Origin: Heterodontus francisci
Taxonomy: Eukaryota
Length of the DNA stretch: 64,000 bases
NCBI RefSeq assembly: GCF_036365525.1
Contig: NC_090404.1
Span: 8,432,001-8,496,000 of the forward strand
Reading direction: 5' to 3'
Part shown: positions 12,156 to 25,079 of the stretch, one piece after another
Numbering within the stretch: the first letter of the stretch is position 1
How the letters are laid out: the number at the start of each line of letters is the position of its first letter
Program-made: the position numbers and the translations under genes
Notes under the pieces: model-generated
Told to the model about the DNA's origin: nothing
Database searches by the model: none
Seen by the model: the letters and a program-made list of their open reading frames with translations, nothing else

Positions 12156-15145
12156 TAATAAAAACAAGAAATGCTGGAACCACTCAGCAGGTCTGGCAGC
12201 ACCTGTGGAAAGAGAAGCAGAGTTAACGTTTCGGGTCAGTGACCCTTCATCGGAACTGACAAATATTAGAAAAGTCACAGGTTATAAGCAAGTGAGGTGG
12301 GGGTGGGGCAAGAGATAACAAAGGAGGTCTAGATTGGACCAGGCCACATAGCTGACCAAAAGGTCACGGAGCAAAGGCAAGCAATGTGTTAATGATGTGT
12401 TGAAAGACAAAGCATTAGTACAGATTAGGTATGAATACACTGAATATTGAACAGCAGCAAGTGCAAACCTGAAAAAAAACAGTGGGTAAGCAAACTGAAC
12501 AAACTAAGATGAAATGAACAAAATGCAAAAAAAAAGATTGTAAAAAATGTAAAAAAGAATGTAAAAAAAAAGGAAGAAAAAAATAACTAAAAGTGAAAGT
12601 AAAATGGGGGGCTGTCATGCTCTGAAATTATTGAACTCAATGTTCAGTCCGGCAGGCTGTAGTGTGCCTAATCGGTAGATGAGATGCTGTTCCTCGAGCT
12701 TGCGTTGATGTTCAGTGGAACACTGCAGCAATCCCAGGACAGAGATGTGAGCATGAGAGCTGGGGGGAGTGTTGAAATGGCAAGCAACTGGAAGCTCAGG
12801 GTCCTGCTTGCGGACTGAGTGGAGATGTTCCGCAAAGCGGTCACCCAGTCTGCGCTTGGTCTCCCCACTGTGAGCAGCGAATACAGTATACTACATTGAA
12901 AGAAGTACAAGTAAATCACTGCTTCACCTGAAAGGAGTGTTTGGGGCCTGGGATAGTGAGGAGAGAGGAGGTAAATGGGCAGGTATTACACCTCCTGCGA
13001 TTGCAGGGGAAGGTGCCATGGGACGGGGACGAAGTGGTGGGTGTAATGGAGGAGTGGACCAGGGTGTCGCGGAGGGAATGATCCCTTCGGAATGCTGACA
13101 GGGGAAGGGAGGGGAAGATGTGACTGGTAGTGGCATCACGCTGGAGGTGGCGGAAATGGCGGAGGATGATCCTTTGGATATGGAGGCTGGTGGGGTGAAA
13201 AGTGAGGACAAGGGGAACCCAGTCACCGTTCTGGGAGGTAGGGGAAGGGGTGAGGGTAGAGGTGCGGGGAATGGGCCGGATACAGTTGAGGGCCCTGTCA
13301 ACTACAGTGGGGGGAAATCCTCGGTTGAGGAAAAAGGAGCTCATATCAGAAGCACCGTCATGGAAGGTAGCATGATCAGAGCAGATGCGTCGGAGATGGA
13401 GAAACTGGGAGATTGGAATGGAGTCCTTACAGAAGGTAGGGTGTGAAGAAGTGTAGTCGAGGTAGCTGTGGGAGTCAGTGTGCTTGTAATGGATATTAGT
13501 AGACAACCTATCCCCAGAAATGGAGACAGAGAAGTCGAGGAAGGGAAGGGAAATGTCAGAGATGGACCATGTAAAGGTGAGAGAAGGGTGGAAATTGGAA
13601 GCAAAGTTGATAAAGTTTTCTGGTTCGGGGCGGGAGCAGGAAACGGCACCGATACAGTCATCGATGTACCGGAAAAAGAGTTGGGGGAGGGGGCCTGAGT
13701 AGGACTGGAACAAAGAATGCTCGACATATCCCACAAAACGACAGGCATAACTAGGACCCATGCGGGTACCCATAGCAACACCTTTTACTTGAAGGAAGTG
13801 CGTGGAGTTGAAGGGGAAGTTGTTCAATGTAAGAACAAGTTCAGCCAGGCGGAGAAGGGTGGTGGTGGATAGGGACTGGTTGGGCCTCTGTTCCAGGAAG
13901 AAGCAGAGAGCCCTCAAACCATCCTGGCGGGGGATTGAGGTGTAGAGCGATTGGACGTCCAGAGTGAAGAGGAGGCAGTTGGGACCAGGAAACTGGAAAT
14001 TGTCAAAATGACGTAGGGCGTCAGAAGAGTCACGGATGTAGGTGGGAAGAGACTGGACCCACGGAGAAAGGATAGAGTATAGATAGGAAGAAATAAGTTC
14101 AGTGGGCAGGAGCAGGCTGACACAATGGGTCTGCCGGGACAGTCCCGTTTGTGGATTTTGGGAAGGAGGTAGAAGCGGGCTGTCCGGGATTGTGGGACTA
14201 TGAGGTTGGAAGCTGTAGAGGGAAGATCTCCAGAGGAGATGAGGTCAGTGACAGTCCTTTGGACGGTGGCTTGATGTTCGGTGGTGGGGTCATGGTCCAG
14301 AGGGAGGTAGGAAGAAGTGTCCGTGAGTTGGCGTTGAGCTTCTGCAAGTTGGAGGTCGGTACGCCATACGACAACAGCACCACCCTTGTCTGCATGTTTG
14401 ATGACCATGTCGGGGTTAGACCTGAGAGAACGGAGTGCCTCAAGTTCAGAGGGGGACAGGTTAGAGTGAGTGAGGGGGGCAGAGAAATTGAGACGACCAA
14501 TGTCTCGCCGGCAGTTTTCAATGAAGAGATCAAGAGCGGGTAAGGGGCCAGGGGGAGGGGTCCAGATAGAGGGAGAATGCTGGAGGCGGGTGAGTGGGTC
14601 TGCTGGTCGGGGGGAGGACTCCTGGTCAAAGAAGTGAGCCCGGAGGCGGAAGCGACGGAAGAAGAGCTCAACGTCATGCCGAGCGCGTAATTCATTGAGG
14701 TGGGGGCGGAAGGGGATAAAACTGAGACCTTTGCTGAGAACAGAACGCTCAGCATCAGAGAGGGGACGGTCAGAGGGTATAGTGAATACACGGCAAGGGG
14801 TCAGATCAGAAGGGGTGGGGTCAGAGGGAAGTGAAGTGGAGGGAGGATCTGGAGGGGCATTGGTCCCCATCAGCTGCTGGAGCTAGCGTTCCTTAACACC
14901 TGAAAGGACGAAAAGCAGTTTTTTGTTAATGCGTCGGGTGAGACGAAAGTTGAAATGAAACTGCGGAGCAGAACAGCTTTGAGAGAAGGTGAGGCGGTGC
15001 TGCTGGAGAGAGAGGTCCAGTGTGTGCATGTGGCGGCGCATAGCACTGAGTGTGGATCTCAGGATGCGGCGAGAGTAGCAGTCCGAGGAACGTTGTATTT
15101 CTCGGAGATACCTGTGATCCTGGGTAGTTTCAAAGCATGATGGGT
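12156..15145 (-). mobile_element. Penelope-like retroelement (RT + GIY-YIG), frameshifted, with 8-bp TSD
   Basis: ORFs with ADKGGAVVVW, GVAMGTRMGPSYA, FRYIDD and CNRRRCNTCP, followed by a degraded VVYCIRC...GETKRRL. ATTCCTCG at 12148-12155 and 15146-15153. The paralogous empty site is at ~24900-24960. Confidence 0.9.
12221..12257 (-). ncRNA. Minimal hammerhead-ribozyme-like motif at the Penelope end
   Basis: Minus strand AGUU-CCGAUGA-A-GGGUC-ACU-GACCC-GAAAC-GUU-AACU (U4C variant here). Related copies at ~22094-22126 and ~39918-39954 have the canonical CUGANGA. Confidence 0.6.
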
Positions 15146-15191
15146 ATTCCTCGCAGCCTGTTCACTGCCATCTGACCACTTCCCAGTACAG

Positions 15192-15206
15192 CCACCAGAG
15201 GGCGGC
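15192..15206 (+). promoter_or_regulatory. CTCF-like motif
   Basis: CCACCAGAGGGCGGC; paralogous copies at 22428-22442 (+) and 24868-24882 (-). Confidence 0.6.
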
Positions 15207-16019
15207 AGATAGCAATACTCCTTTCATGGATCAAACGCCGGGCAGCGAGGAGATTTCTGTTTCACCAAAAGCTGAGTAAAACTTGGAATATATAGAAGAT
15301 TAATAGTTGAAATCAATTTACTTCAATGGATTGGGAAGATAGATTGAATAATAATCCTCACAAAGAAGCATCTACATATCGAACGATTGGTTTCTGATAC
15401 TAACCAGTGAGCAAGACAAGTGAGTGGAAGTTGTGGAAGATGGTGAAAGAATATTAAAATGTGAATGACAAACACACTCCGATATTTCATTTCTGAAGCC
15501 GCTCGCTGTCCCGTTAGTTGAGATAGATGATAAAGGTTTATTTCTGTTCGGTTGTTTTGTTCAGTAACAGCAGATATCATTGTTCGAATAGGAAGGATCT
15601 TTTAATCACTCCGGCAAAATACAGAATCATTGTTAGTTCACTAGTTAACTAATCGGTGATGAAAATCTCACTGCAGTCACGGTTACCAGTGTGCTGATGG
15701 TGAAGTTACTGGAATTTGAGAGGAAGTGTTGACGCCAGAAAAAAAACCCCAAATCTATGAGCAATCTCATGTTTCCGGTCGCAATAACCAGACAAGGGTT
15801 TGAGTCCCCGCCCCACATCTGTCGTCGCAGAACCATTTCCCCTCTTAGGACCGTGACTGTAGCCCAATCCGAGGTGTTTCCATTCACTGACAACCAGCTC
15901 ACCATCTACCGGTCTCACAGCACCACTGGGGGACACAATAAAGTGAGGTGACAAAATCCTGAGACATGACAGCAGATTATTGAGGACGGGGATTAGAACA
16001 GGTGTCTTCAAAATGCATC

Positions 16020-16187
16020 ACCTGGCAACTGGAACCAGTGTTTAGAGCAGGATCACGGCTCGGTTCCTTGCAGCAGAGAAGTGCAGTTCTCTGACTGTTA
16101 GCACCACTCGGCTGACAGGCACCTCCACCTATTTCTGTGTAATGGAAACAAAGTGTAGCAAAGATGAGCATGGACCGTACAAAAACC
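16020..16187 (+). pseudogene. 3' half of a TCR V pseudogene with a crippled 23-RSS
   Basis: ...RITARFLAAEKCSSLTVSTTRLTGTSTYFCVME, then CAAAGTG 16149-16155, 23 bp, ACAAAAACC 16179-16187. Confidence 0.8.
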
Positions 16188-16289
16188 TGCCGTGGGCTGG
16201 TCCTGACCGCGTATAGCCTGTGCTGTTGACAGAGCTCCAGTAATTTTGTAACACTCTCATTATTTCCGCCGAACTCGACACCAAACACC

Positions 16290-16650
16290 ACGCGTTCCCT
16301 GAATTCCTTACGGATAATAATGACCATGCTGCTCGGTGAGTCTGTGTTTAAATGGTAACTCTCTGTCTCATGCGTCACATTCAATCCCAGACATTCTGTG
16401 TTTTGTTACAGGAGCGAGTGGCGCACACTCAGTGTCCCAGGATCCGTCTGAGTTCGCTGTTCAGGAAGAACATTCCGTAATAGTCAACTATCGGAACTCC
16501 ACATCTGACAGCTTTCTCTCCCTCCGTCGGTGCATCAACATTCCGGGAAAGCTCCGAGATATTTACCTAGGCGATCAAACTCAGGTCAGAAAGATAAGTC
16601 TCAAGGATTCCCAGACTGGTTCTCTGTTGGTTTGGACAGGGATACAGACA
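16290..16650 (+). pseudogene. 3'-truncated TCR V pseudogene
   Basis: Leader with an ACG start (16290-16335, G|GTGAGT). Exon from 16412 GASGAHSVSQDPSEFAVQEEHSVIVNY..., frameshift, ...GKAPRY...FPDWFSV, with no FR3 end or RSS. Confidence 0.75.
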
Positions 16651-16804
16651 GCAACACAACTGTTTAAATTGAAACCTGACAGTGGTAGTTCTCAGTGGAC
16701 ATGGCATCAAAGTAACCCTTTCCGATAAAGCCCCAAAGAACACTTAACGGAGCTGTAAACTGGCTGAGGGTTTTCTGCAGGGTCTTGGCTTTTATCTGAC
16801 GATG

Positions 16805-17306
16805 GACCTCACTGCACAGTAATAGAGTGCCCCGTCCTCCACACTCAGGTCACTTATATTGAGATAACCGTACTTCTTAGACTTGTCAGCAGCCGCCAGA
16901 TATTGTTCGGAGATTTTGTTTTTCTTAAGTGCTACTAGTTTGCTAATAATCCACCTTGGAAGCTGTGTCGGTTTTGCCGTTACCGTTGCATGTTTTTTAT
17001 AACCTGGGCTGAATATTAGCAATCTACCTGCACCAAACGCCCTTCTGACAAGGCTATTCTCACCGGAGAGTGAGTTACCGGATCTGCACATAGTTCATCT
17101 TTAAAGGTAGAGGAATAAAGAAAAGCAGGTTAAACAGGGTTGATTTAAACTTGCGTCGATCTGTGTGAGTGCGCATAAGATCTCATCTACCCAACTAAGT
17201 GGATTAAATCCGAGTGCAAACCATTTGCATGAATCTGATAATTTACCTTGCATAATCTAATCCAGTACTTACCGTGCAACACAGCCGCCAGTATTATTAG
17301 AAACAT
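16805..17306 (-). pseudogene. TCR V pseudogene
   Basis: Leader MFLIILAAVLH 17306-17273. Exon 17098-16805 DELCADPVTHSP...DC* with stops and a frameshift, ending ...DLSVEDGALYYCAVR. Degenerate heptamer CATCGTC. Confidence 0.85.
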
Positions 17307-17885
17307 TTCTAATTGAATCGCACGCTGTGATTGGAATGGAATGAGCCAAAGATTGAGAAGGGGAGGGAGGTAACCTGGGGCCTGTTCAGCTCATAGTTCC
17401 ACCCACACACTACAGGGGGCGGTACAATTGTGACCTCACTCAGCCTGCGATGCCAATTGGCCTTGGTGCTGGCATCACATGACTTCGGAATTACCATGTT
17501 TGGGTTTAGCGCCCTCTGCTGGCGGATTCTGTTCAATCTGGTTCAGAATGTGGCCATTGAGTGAATTTACGGTTTACTGATTTTCATACAAAATGTCTCC
17601 TCGAAATCTATATTGCAGCTCATTAGAGGCAAACTTTATTTTTTTGCTTAAGCTTATGCCAGAAAATGATGTCAAAGCTTTATAAATCACTGTTCAGACA
17701 TCAGCTGGAGTTCTTTGTCCAATTCTGGGCACCACGAATTAGAAAGAACGTCAAGACATTGGAGAAAGTGCAGAACGGTATCAGAGATGACTGACTGTTA
17801 TGTGAACAGACTGAAGAGACAGGGATTGTCCACCTTATCTGAAAGAAGCTTCAAGAGAGACTTAATTGAGATGCTCAAAATTCTA

Positions 17886-20054
17886 GAATTAGAATTAGAA
17901 TTAGAACATTACAGCACAGTACAGGCCCTTCGGCCCTCGATGTTGTGCCGACCTGTGAAACCATCTGACCTACACTATTCCAGTTTCATCCATATGTCTA
18001 TCCAATGACCACTTAAATGCCCTTAAAGTTGGCGAGTCTACTACTGTTGCAGGCAGGGCGTTCCACGCCCCTACTACTCTCTGAGTAAAGAAACTACCTC
18101 TAACATCTGTCCTATATCTATCACCCCTCAACTTAAAGCTATGTCCCCTCGTGTTTGCCATCACCATCCGAGGAAAAAGACTCTCACTATACACCCTATC
18201 TAACCCTCTGATTATCTTATATGTCTCTATTAAGTCACCTCCCCTCCTCCTTCTCTCCAACAAAAACAACCTCAAGTCCCTCAGCCTTTCCGCGTAAGAC
18301 CTTCCCTCCATACCAGGCAACATCCTAGGAAATCTCCTCTGCACCCTTTCCAAAGCTTCCACATCCTTCCTATAATGCGGTGACCAGAACTGCATGCAAT
18401 ACTCCAGGTGCAGCCTCACCAGAGTTTTGTACAGCTGCAGCATGACCTCGTTGCTCCGAAACATCGATCCCCCTACTAATAAAAGCTAACACACCATATG
18501 CCTGCTTAACAGCCCTATTTACCAGGGTAGCAACTTTCAGGGATTTATGTACCTGGACACCAAGATCTCTCTGTTCATCTACACTACCAAGAATCTTCCC
18601 ATTAGCCCAGTACTCTGCATTCCTGTTACTCCTTCCAAAGTGAATCACCTCACACTTTTCCGCATTAAGCTCCATTTGTCATCTCTCAGCCCAGCTCTGC
18701 AGCCTATCTATGTCCCCCTGTACCCTACAACATCCTTCGACACTATCCACAACTCCACCGACCTTAGTGTCATCCGCAAATTTACTAACCCACCCTTCTA
18801 CACCCTCTTCCAGGTCATTTATAAAAATGACAAACAGCAGTGGCCCCAAAACAGATCCTTGCGGTACACCACTAGAAACTATTCTCCAGGATGAACATTT
18901 GCCATCAACCACCACCCTCTGTTTTCTTTCAGCTAGCCAATTTCTGATCCAAAGCACTAATTCACCTTCAACCCCATACTTCCGAATTTTCTGCAATAGC
19001 CTATCGTGGGGAACCTCATCAAACGCCTTACTGAAATCCATATACACCACATCCACTGCTTTACCCTCATCCACTTGTTTGGTCACCTTCTCAAAAAACT
19101 CAATAAGGTTTGTGAGGCACGACCTACCCTTCACAAAACCGTGCTGACTATCGCTAATGAACTTATTCTTTTCAAGATGATTATAAATCCTGTCTCTTAT
19201 AACCTTTTCCAACATTTTACCCACAACCGAAGTAAGGTTCACAGGTTTATAATTACCAGGACTGTCTCTACTCCCCTTCTTGAACAAGGGGACAACATTT
19301 GCTATCCTCCAGTCTTCCGGCACTATTCCTGTCGACAATGACGACATAAAGATCAAGGACAAAGGCTCTTCAATCTCCTCCGTGGCTTCCCAGAGAATCC
19401 TAGGATAAATCCCATCTGGCCCAGGGGACTTATCTATTTTCACACTTTGCAAAATTGCTAATACCTCCTCCTTGTGAACCTCAATCCCATCTAGCCTAGT
19501 AATATGAATCTCAGTATTCTCCTCAACAACATTTTCTTTTTCTACTGTAAATACTGACGAAAAATATTCATTTAACGCTTCCCCTACCTCCTCTGATTCC
19601 ACACACAACTTCCCACTACTATCCTTGATTGGCCCTAATCTAACTCTAGACATTCTTTTATTCCTGATATACCTATAGAAAGCCTGAGGGTTTTCCTTGA
19701 TGCTATCCGCCAATGACTTCGCGTGTCCTCTCTTTGCTCTTTTTAGCTCTCCCTTTAGATCCTTCCTGGCGAGCTTGTAACTCTCAAGAGCCCTAACTGA
19801 GCCTTCACATCTCATCCGAACATAAGCCTTCTTCTTCCTCTTGACAAGCGCTTCAACTTCTTCAGTAAACCACGGCTCCCTCGCTCGACAACTTCCTCCC
19901 TGCCTGACAGGTACATACTTATCAAGGACACGCAGTAGCTGCTCCTTGAATAAGCTCCACATTTCGATTGTGCCCATCCCCTGCAGTTTCCTTCCCCATC
20001 CTACGCATCCTAAATCTTGCCTAATCGCATCATAATTTGCTTTCCCCCAGCTAT
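17886..20054 (-). mobile_element. 5'-truncated CR1 LINE nested in an older CR1 fragment
   Basis: 432-aa RT ORF ([25 protein letters not shown]); (ttagaa)n tail; AATTCTA TSD at 17879-17885 and 20055-20061. Confidence 0.92.
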
Positions 20055-20748
20055 AATTCTAAGTGGTTTTTATGAAGTAGATCACTCGTAACCGTTTCCA
20101 TGAGCAGAAAATTCGATAACCCAAGCACCCCGATTTAAGAGAAATGATAAAAAGACAAGCCAAGATGAGATTTATTTATTAAACAGCAATTTGTTAAAAT
20201 CTGGAATGCACTGCCTAAAAGGGCGGCGGAGGAAGATTCAACCGTAACTTTCAAAAGGGGATTGTGTATAATCTGAAAAGGAAAGTAGAGCCGGGCTTTG
20301 TGGAAAACGCGAGAAGTGAAAAATGAATTGGAGAACTCCTTCAAACGGGCATATGTACGATAGGCTGAATGGCCTCATTCCGTGCTCTCAGGTTCTATCA
20401 TTCTAGTCCCCTCATGTCCATCACACTCTGTTGCCAACCAAACGAGCAGTGCGCATGTGCAGGATAGCCTGAGACCTCTGGAGATTCAACCCTTCGCTAT
20501 TTCCTCCCATCAGTTCCGAGTGCAGCTGAGTGTCGCCGCACACTTCGCTCAATTTTGAGTCTGCGGGATCTCCGCCCACAGCTTCCGTTTGTTGCTCTCG
20601 TTCTGACCCGAATGTCTAATTGGACAGATTGCTACCGCGGGTCCATTCTTGTCATTGGTTGTATCAGCAGTGCAGTGGGACCGGGATCTGTATTTCTCCT
20701 TCGACAGAGAATTTCCTGCACTGCAGAGTTACAGATTCAGGAAGTATC

Positions 20749-21252
20749 ATGTGGAACCGTCTATCACCGCTTCTCATCATTATATCACTTCTCAGTAAGT
20801 ATTTCCTTCTCAGTAAAAGTCCGCTCTCCCCCTGACTGCTGTAATCCAGATGTTATTGTTGGTAAAATAATAGTGATGGTGGTGTTGAGGGTTATGTTGA
20901 TCAATATGAGGCAAATTCTGATTGCTGATATTACTATTTTTCTGTTAGAATGGAGCCACCAAGACACAGTGGAACAGTCGGTTGCTGAAAGAACGGTTGA
21001 AAAGGGATCGAAAGTCACACTAACTTGCACCTTGAAAACAAGCGATTCGAACTCTTATGTGTACTGGTACAGTCAGCGCCCCGGGCAGCCTCCACACAAC
21101 ATACTTCGTCTTATTGGAGGGAATCTATACAGGAACACCGGCATCACTGTTCGGTTCTCGGCTACGTTTAATAAAACTGCCAAGATTACCGAGATAACGG
21201 TCGGCAACACCCTGATCTCCGACAGCGCCGTGTATTTCTGTGCCATGAGCCC
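20749..21252 (+). CDS. TCR Valpha/delta gene (leader 20749-20794, V exon 20949-21252), apparently functional
   Basis: MWNRLSPLLIIISLL|KWSHQDTVEQ...TLTC...YWYSQRPGQPP...DSAVYFCAMSP. RSS: CACACTG 21253-21259, 24-bp spacer, ACAAAAACC 21284-21292. Confidence 0.9.
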
Positions 21253-21316
21253 CACACTGCTGCAGATATATAGCAGATCCCGTACAAAAACCCACACTTA
21301 GAGTTCCAGTTAGCGC

Positions 21317-21331
21317 TCACCAGAGGGCGCG
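21317..21331 (+). promoter_or_regulatory. CTCF-like motif ~25 bp downstream of the V RSS
   Basis: TCACCAGAGGGCGCG. Confidence 0.6.
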
Positions 21332-21992
21332 CTTGCACCCGGAAACTGGAAATAATAATTCAGCCTTCACAATGAGAGTCACAGAGAGATTCTTAAAACT
21401 GCGACAGAGCACAAACCTCAACAACAGGCGAGGTTCACTTACGCAGTTATCTTAGTCTGTGACTACAACTTGCATTTATCATTTAAAAAATGAGCTTTAA
21501 AAATCGAAGTCAGCTATCTTTACTCACCTTTTGTCTTTCGATGCTCTTTCCCTGCCTACTTGTTCCTGTCACACCCTGTCTCTACACTTGACCCAGTATT
21601 GTACACATTTCCTTCTTACAGTCTTTAGTTTCCAAATATAAATCTTTGCTAAATCTCGGTACGTTAATTCAGAACCATTCCACCGCAGATGCCCATAGAT
21701 TCAGTGGTGGTTTAAACCGACTTCACGAATGATTCACTTATTATTGACTAACATAATAGTCTTGACAATCCTGTCCCGAACCTGCCTTCCTGCAATATGT
21801 AATGGATGGGAAAGTGCCGCAGCTCTCACAGAAAGGCAGAGTTGTAGAATTTTCGAAAGAGACATTATTATTTAATTCCATTCCTTACAAGTGGATACTC
21901 CACGTGACAACACTGCCTGCGGCAGCCCAGCCCACAGCTTCCCTTTGTTGCTGTCTTTCTGACCCGCCGTCCGTACCCTGTGTTCTTGGAGA

Positions 21993-22205
21993 CACTGAAA
22001 GCAAAATACTGCAGATGCTGCAAGTCTGAAATAAAAACAAATAATGCTGGAAATACTCAGCAGACCTGGCAGCATCTGTGGAGAGAGAAGCAGAGTTAAT
22101 GTTTCAGGTCAGTGACCCTTCATCAGACCTGAAACGTTAACTCTGCTTCTCTCTCCACAGATGCTGCCAGACCTGCTAAGTATTTACAGCATTTCTTTGT
22201 CTTTA
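21993..22205. mobile_element. Hairpin non-autonomous Penelope-derived element
   Basis: Long inverted repeat matching the 12160-12260 Penelope end; TSD TTCTTGGAGA at 21983-21992 and 22206-22215. Confidence 0.8.
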
Positions 22206-22508
22206 TTCTTGGAGAGATTCCTGCTGTTGTTCCCTATCTGTCCCTTCTCATCACCGTCTCCACTGTTCCCGAATAATCCTTTAAATTTTCCCTTTCCAGT
22301 CTTCAGTTTAACAACATAAAATCTTTATTTTGTTCAGCATATTACTTGAGAACTGCTGCAACCCAGCTTCCTATGAATATGATAAATGAATAAACACATA
22401 ATTTCTCGCAGCCTGTCCACCGAACATCCACCAGAGGGCAGCAGATCACCGTGTTTGGCTGTTTCCATTCACTGACATCCAGCTCACCACCAACAGTCTC
22501 AGAGTGGT

Positions 22509-22868
22509 CGGGCGGCACAGTGGCGCAGTGGTTAGCACCACAGCCTCACTGCTCCAGCGATCCGGGTTTAATTCTGGGTACTGCATGTGTGGAGTTTGCA
22601 AGTTCTCCCTGTGTTTGCATGGGTTTCCTCCGGGTGCACCAGTTTCCTCCCACATGCCAAAGACTTGCACGTTGATAGGTTAATTGGCCATGATAAATTG
22701 CCCCGAGTATAGGTCGGTGGTAGGGAAATATAGGGACAGTTGGGGATGTGGTAGGGGTATGGGATTAGTGTAGGATTAGTATAAATGGGTGGTTGATGGT
22801 CGGCACAGACTCGGTGGGCTGAAGGGCCTGTTTCAGTGCTGTATCTCGAAACTAAACTAAACTAAATA
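22509..22868 (+). mobile_element. Full-length tRNA-derived SINE (HE1-like)
   Basis: tRNA-like head, CR1-like tail and (actaa)n end. Confidence 0.85.
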
Positions 22869-22964
22869 AGAACCATTGGGGACACAAAGAAGTGAAGTGA
22901 GAGCACCTGAGACTTGACAGCAGATTAACGAGGGTGGGGATTAGAACAGGTGTCTTCAAATATG

Positions 22965-23143
22965 ATTCTGTGTTGGATTTCTCAGTCCGATTGGATTCTG
23001 CAGTTTGTTTTCTCGGCCGCTCCTGGAAACAGTTGGGTGACAGTTTGATCCGAGGTGAATTTGGTTTCCTCTCGGTGTGTGTTTGAGCGCCTGACAGCGC
23101 GCTGCACATTGTGGCTGCATCTGCCCGCGATTCTACACAAACC
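22965..23143 (+). pseudogene. Decayed V remnant that retains a good 23-RSS
   Basis: Relic ...WISQSDWILQFVF...FGFLSVCV*APDSAL, then CACATTG 23105-23111, 23 bp, ACACAAACC 23135-23143. Confidence 0.65.
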
Positions 23144-23217
23144 CAACATACAGGAGCTCCTACCCACAGTCCAAGGACAGTTTTTGTACAGGGGTGAGAC
23201 TGCTTTCCATCACTGTG

Positions 23218-23686
23218 AGTCCCTGAGAGCGCAGTAATACACGGCAGAGTCAGTCAGCTGCAGCTCCGAGATTGTTAAACTGATGAATTTATTCCAGGTT
23301 TGGAGCTTAGCAACGAAACGGATTTTAGCAAAATCTGCTTTATCTTCACCACCGCTCGAGAATTTCCTCAGGATAAACTCGGGCTGTGTATCTGGGTGTT
23401 GTCGATACCAGTATAAATAATAGTCGCTCCATGTAGTATCATAGGTGCAGCTTAAAGTCACCGCGTCTCCTTCTGTCTTAACATTTGAGGACGGCGGCTG
23501 AGTGACAGAATTTCCATGACTCCGATCTGAAAAACAAGTTTAAACAGGAAAAGACCAGACTGACGACTGTTTAAACTTCAGATTTAAAGCATGTTTGTGA
23601 AATAAGAGAAAATATTAAAATGTGTTTAGTCCACAATTACCTGTCAGAAATGCCTCCCACACAACCCAGATGATGAGTAGCCGCAT
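23218..23686 (-). CDS. TCR Valpha/delta gene (leader 23686-23641, V exon 23526-23218), apparently functional
   Basis: MRLLIIWVVWEAFLT|DRSHGNSVTQPP...TLSCTYDTTWSDYYLYWYRQ...DSAVYYCALRD. RSS: CACAGTG 23211-23217, 23 bp, ACAAAAACT 23179-23187. Confidence 0.94.
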
Positions 23687-25079
23687 TGTCACTGTCCGCT
23701 CTGTAAAAGGGGAGTTGGATATTTGAAGACGCCCGTTCTTATCCCCACACTCAATAATCTGCTGTCGTGTCTCAGGATTCTCTTACCTCACTTCCTTGTG
23801 TCCCCAGTGGTGCTGTGAGAGCGGTAGGTGGGGAGCTGGTTGTCAGTGAATGGAAACACCCCGAGCTGGGCTCCAGTCACTGTCCTTATATGGGGAATGG
23901 TTCCGCTGTTAGAGCCGTGGGGCGGGGACTGAACCCCTTGTCTGGATATTGCACTGGAAACATGGGATTGTTAATGGGGTTGGTTTATTCTGGCGTCAAT
24001 TTTTCCTCCCAAATTTAAGTATATTCACCATCAGCACACTGGTAACCGTGACTCCAGTGAGATTTCCCTCACCGATCAGTTAACTAGTGAACTAACAATG
24101 ATTCTGTATTTTGCAGGAGTGATTTATAGATCTGTCATACTAGAACGATGATATCTGCTGTTACTGAACAAACAACGGAACAGACAGAAAAATAATAAAT
24201 TCGCGCTGTTATTGGGACAGTGTTTCCAGCACTGTGGTTTACATTTAATATGATGTTCTCATGCTTTCTGTTGAATTCTAACACTCTTTTTGTTTTTAAT
24301 TGTTAATAATATCGTCCATAATCTTCAAATTTTGGATTTGTGATAACCGAGAATTGAGGGAGCGGCGCATTGGTGCTTTTTAGCAATTTGCCATTCATCG
24401 GCTGAAAGTGGGGGAGGGGTTCAAAGCCTCCAGGGTGAGCTGGAGGGCGAGTTTTCATTAACAAGAACCCAAACACCAACAGGACATGAAAAATTGTCCT
24501 TATAACATTCACACTGAATAGACAATGGAGTTGAGAAGTAAAACAAACAAAGTACAGGCGGTTTTGTTTTGTCTTTCCCGCCTTTAACAACGATCTCCAC
24601 TAATAGTACAGCGAGCGACTTCAGAAATCAGATCTCAGGGTGTCTGTCATTGATATTTTAATATTCGTTTCTCCATCTTCCACCTACTTGTCCTGCCCCC
24701 TGGTTAGTATCAATCGGATACAAATGCGGATGCATCTCTGTGAGGATTATTGTCCCATGTAGCTTCCCAACTCATTGAGTAAAATTGATTTCATCTATTA
24801 AACGTCTTGGAGAAACAGAAATCACCTCGCTGCCCGGGGTCTGATCCAAAAGAGATCATTGCTACCTGCCGCCCTCTGGTGGCTATGCTGAGAAGTGGTC
24901 AGATGGCAGTGAACAGGGTGTGACAAATTCTGTGTTGGGCCATTGGCCTGATCTGACAGCCTCCTGTTTCTCGCGGTTCTGACGTTACATGCCGAACAGA
25001 AACAAAGGTTTTTAACTTTAAAACTGAAGACTGGAAGAAGGAAATGTATTCAATTATGCATAAAGAATGGTGACACGTG

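Noticed and set aside
17223-17230. Perfect octamer ATTTGCAT
   Set aside because: Located in a pseudogene intron, not a promoter position; the copy at 10641 is inside the insert.
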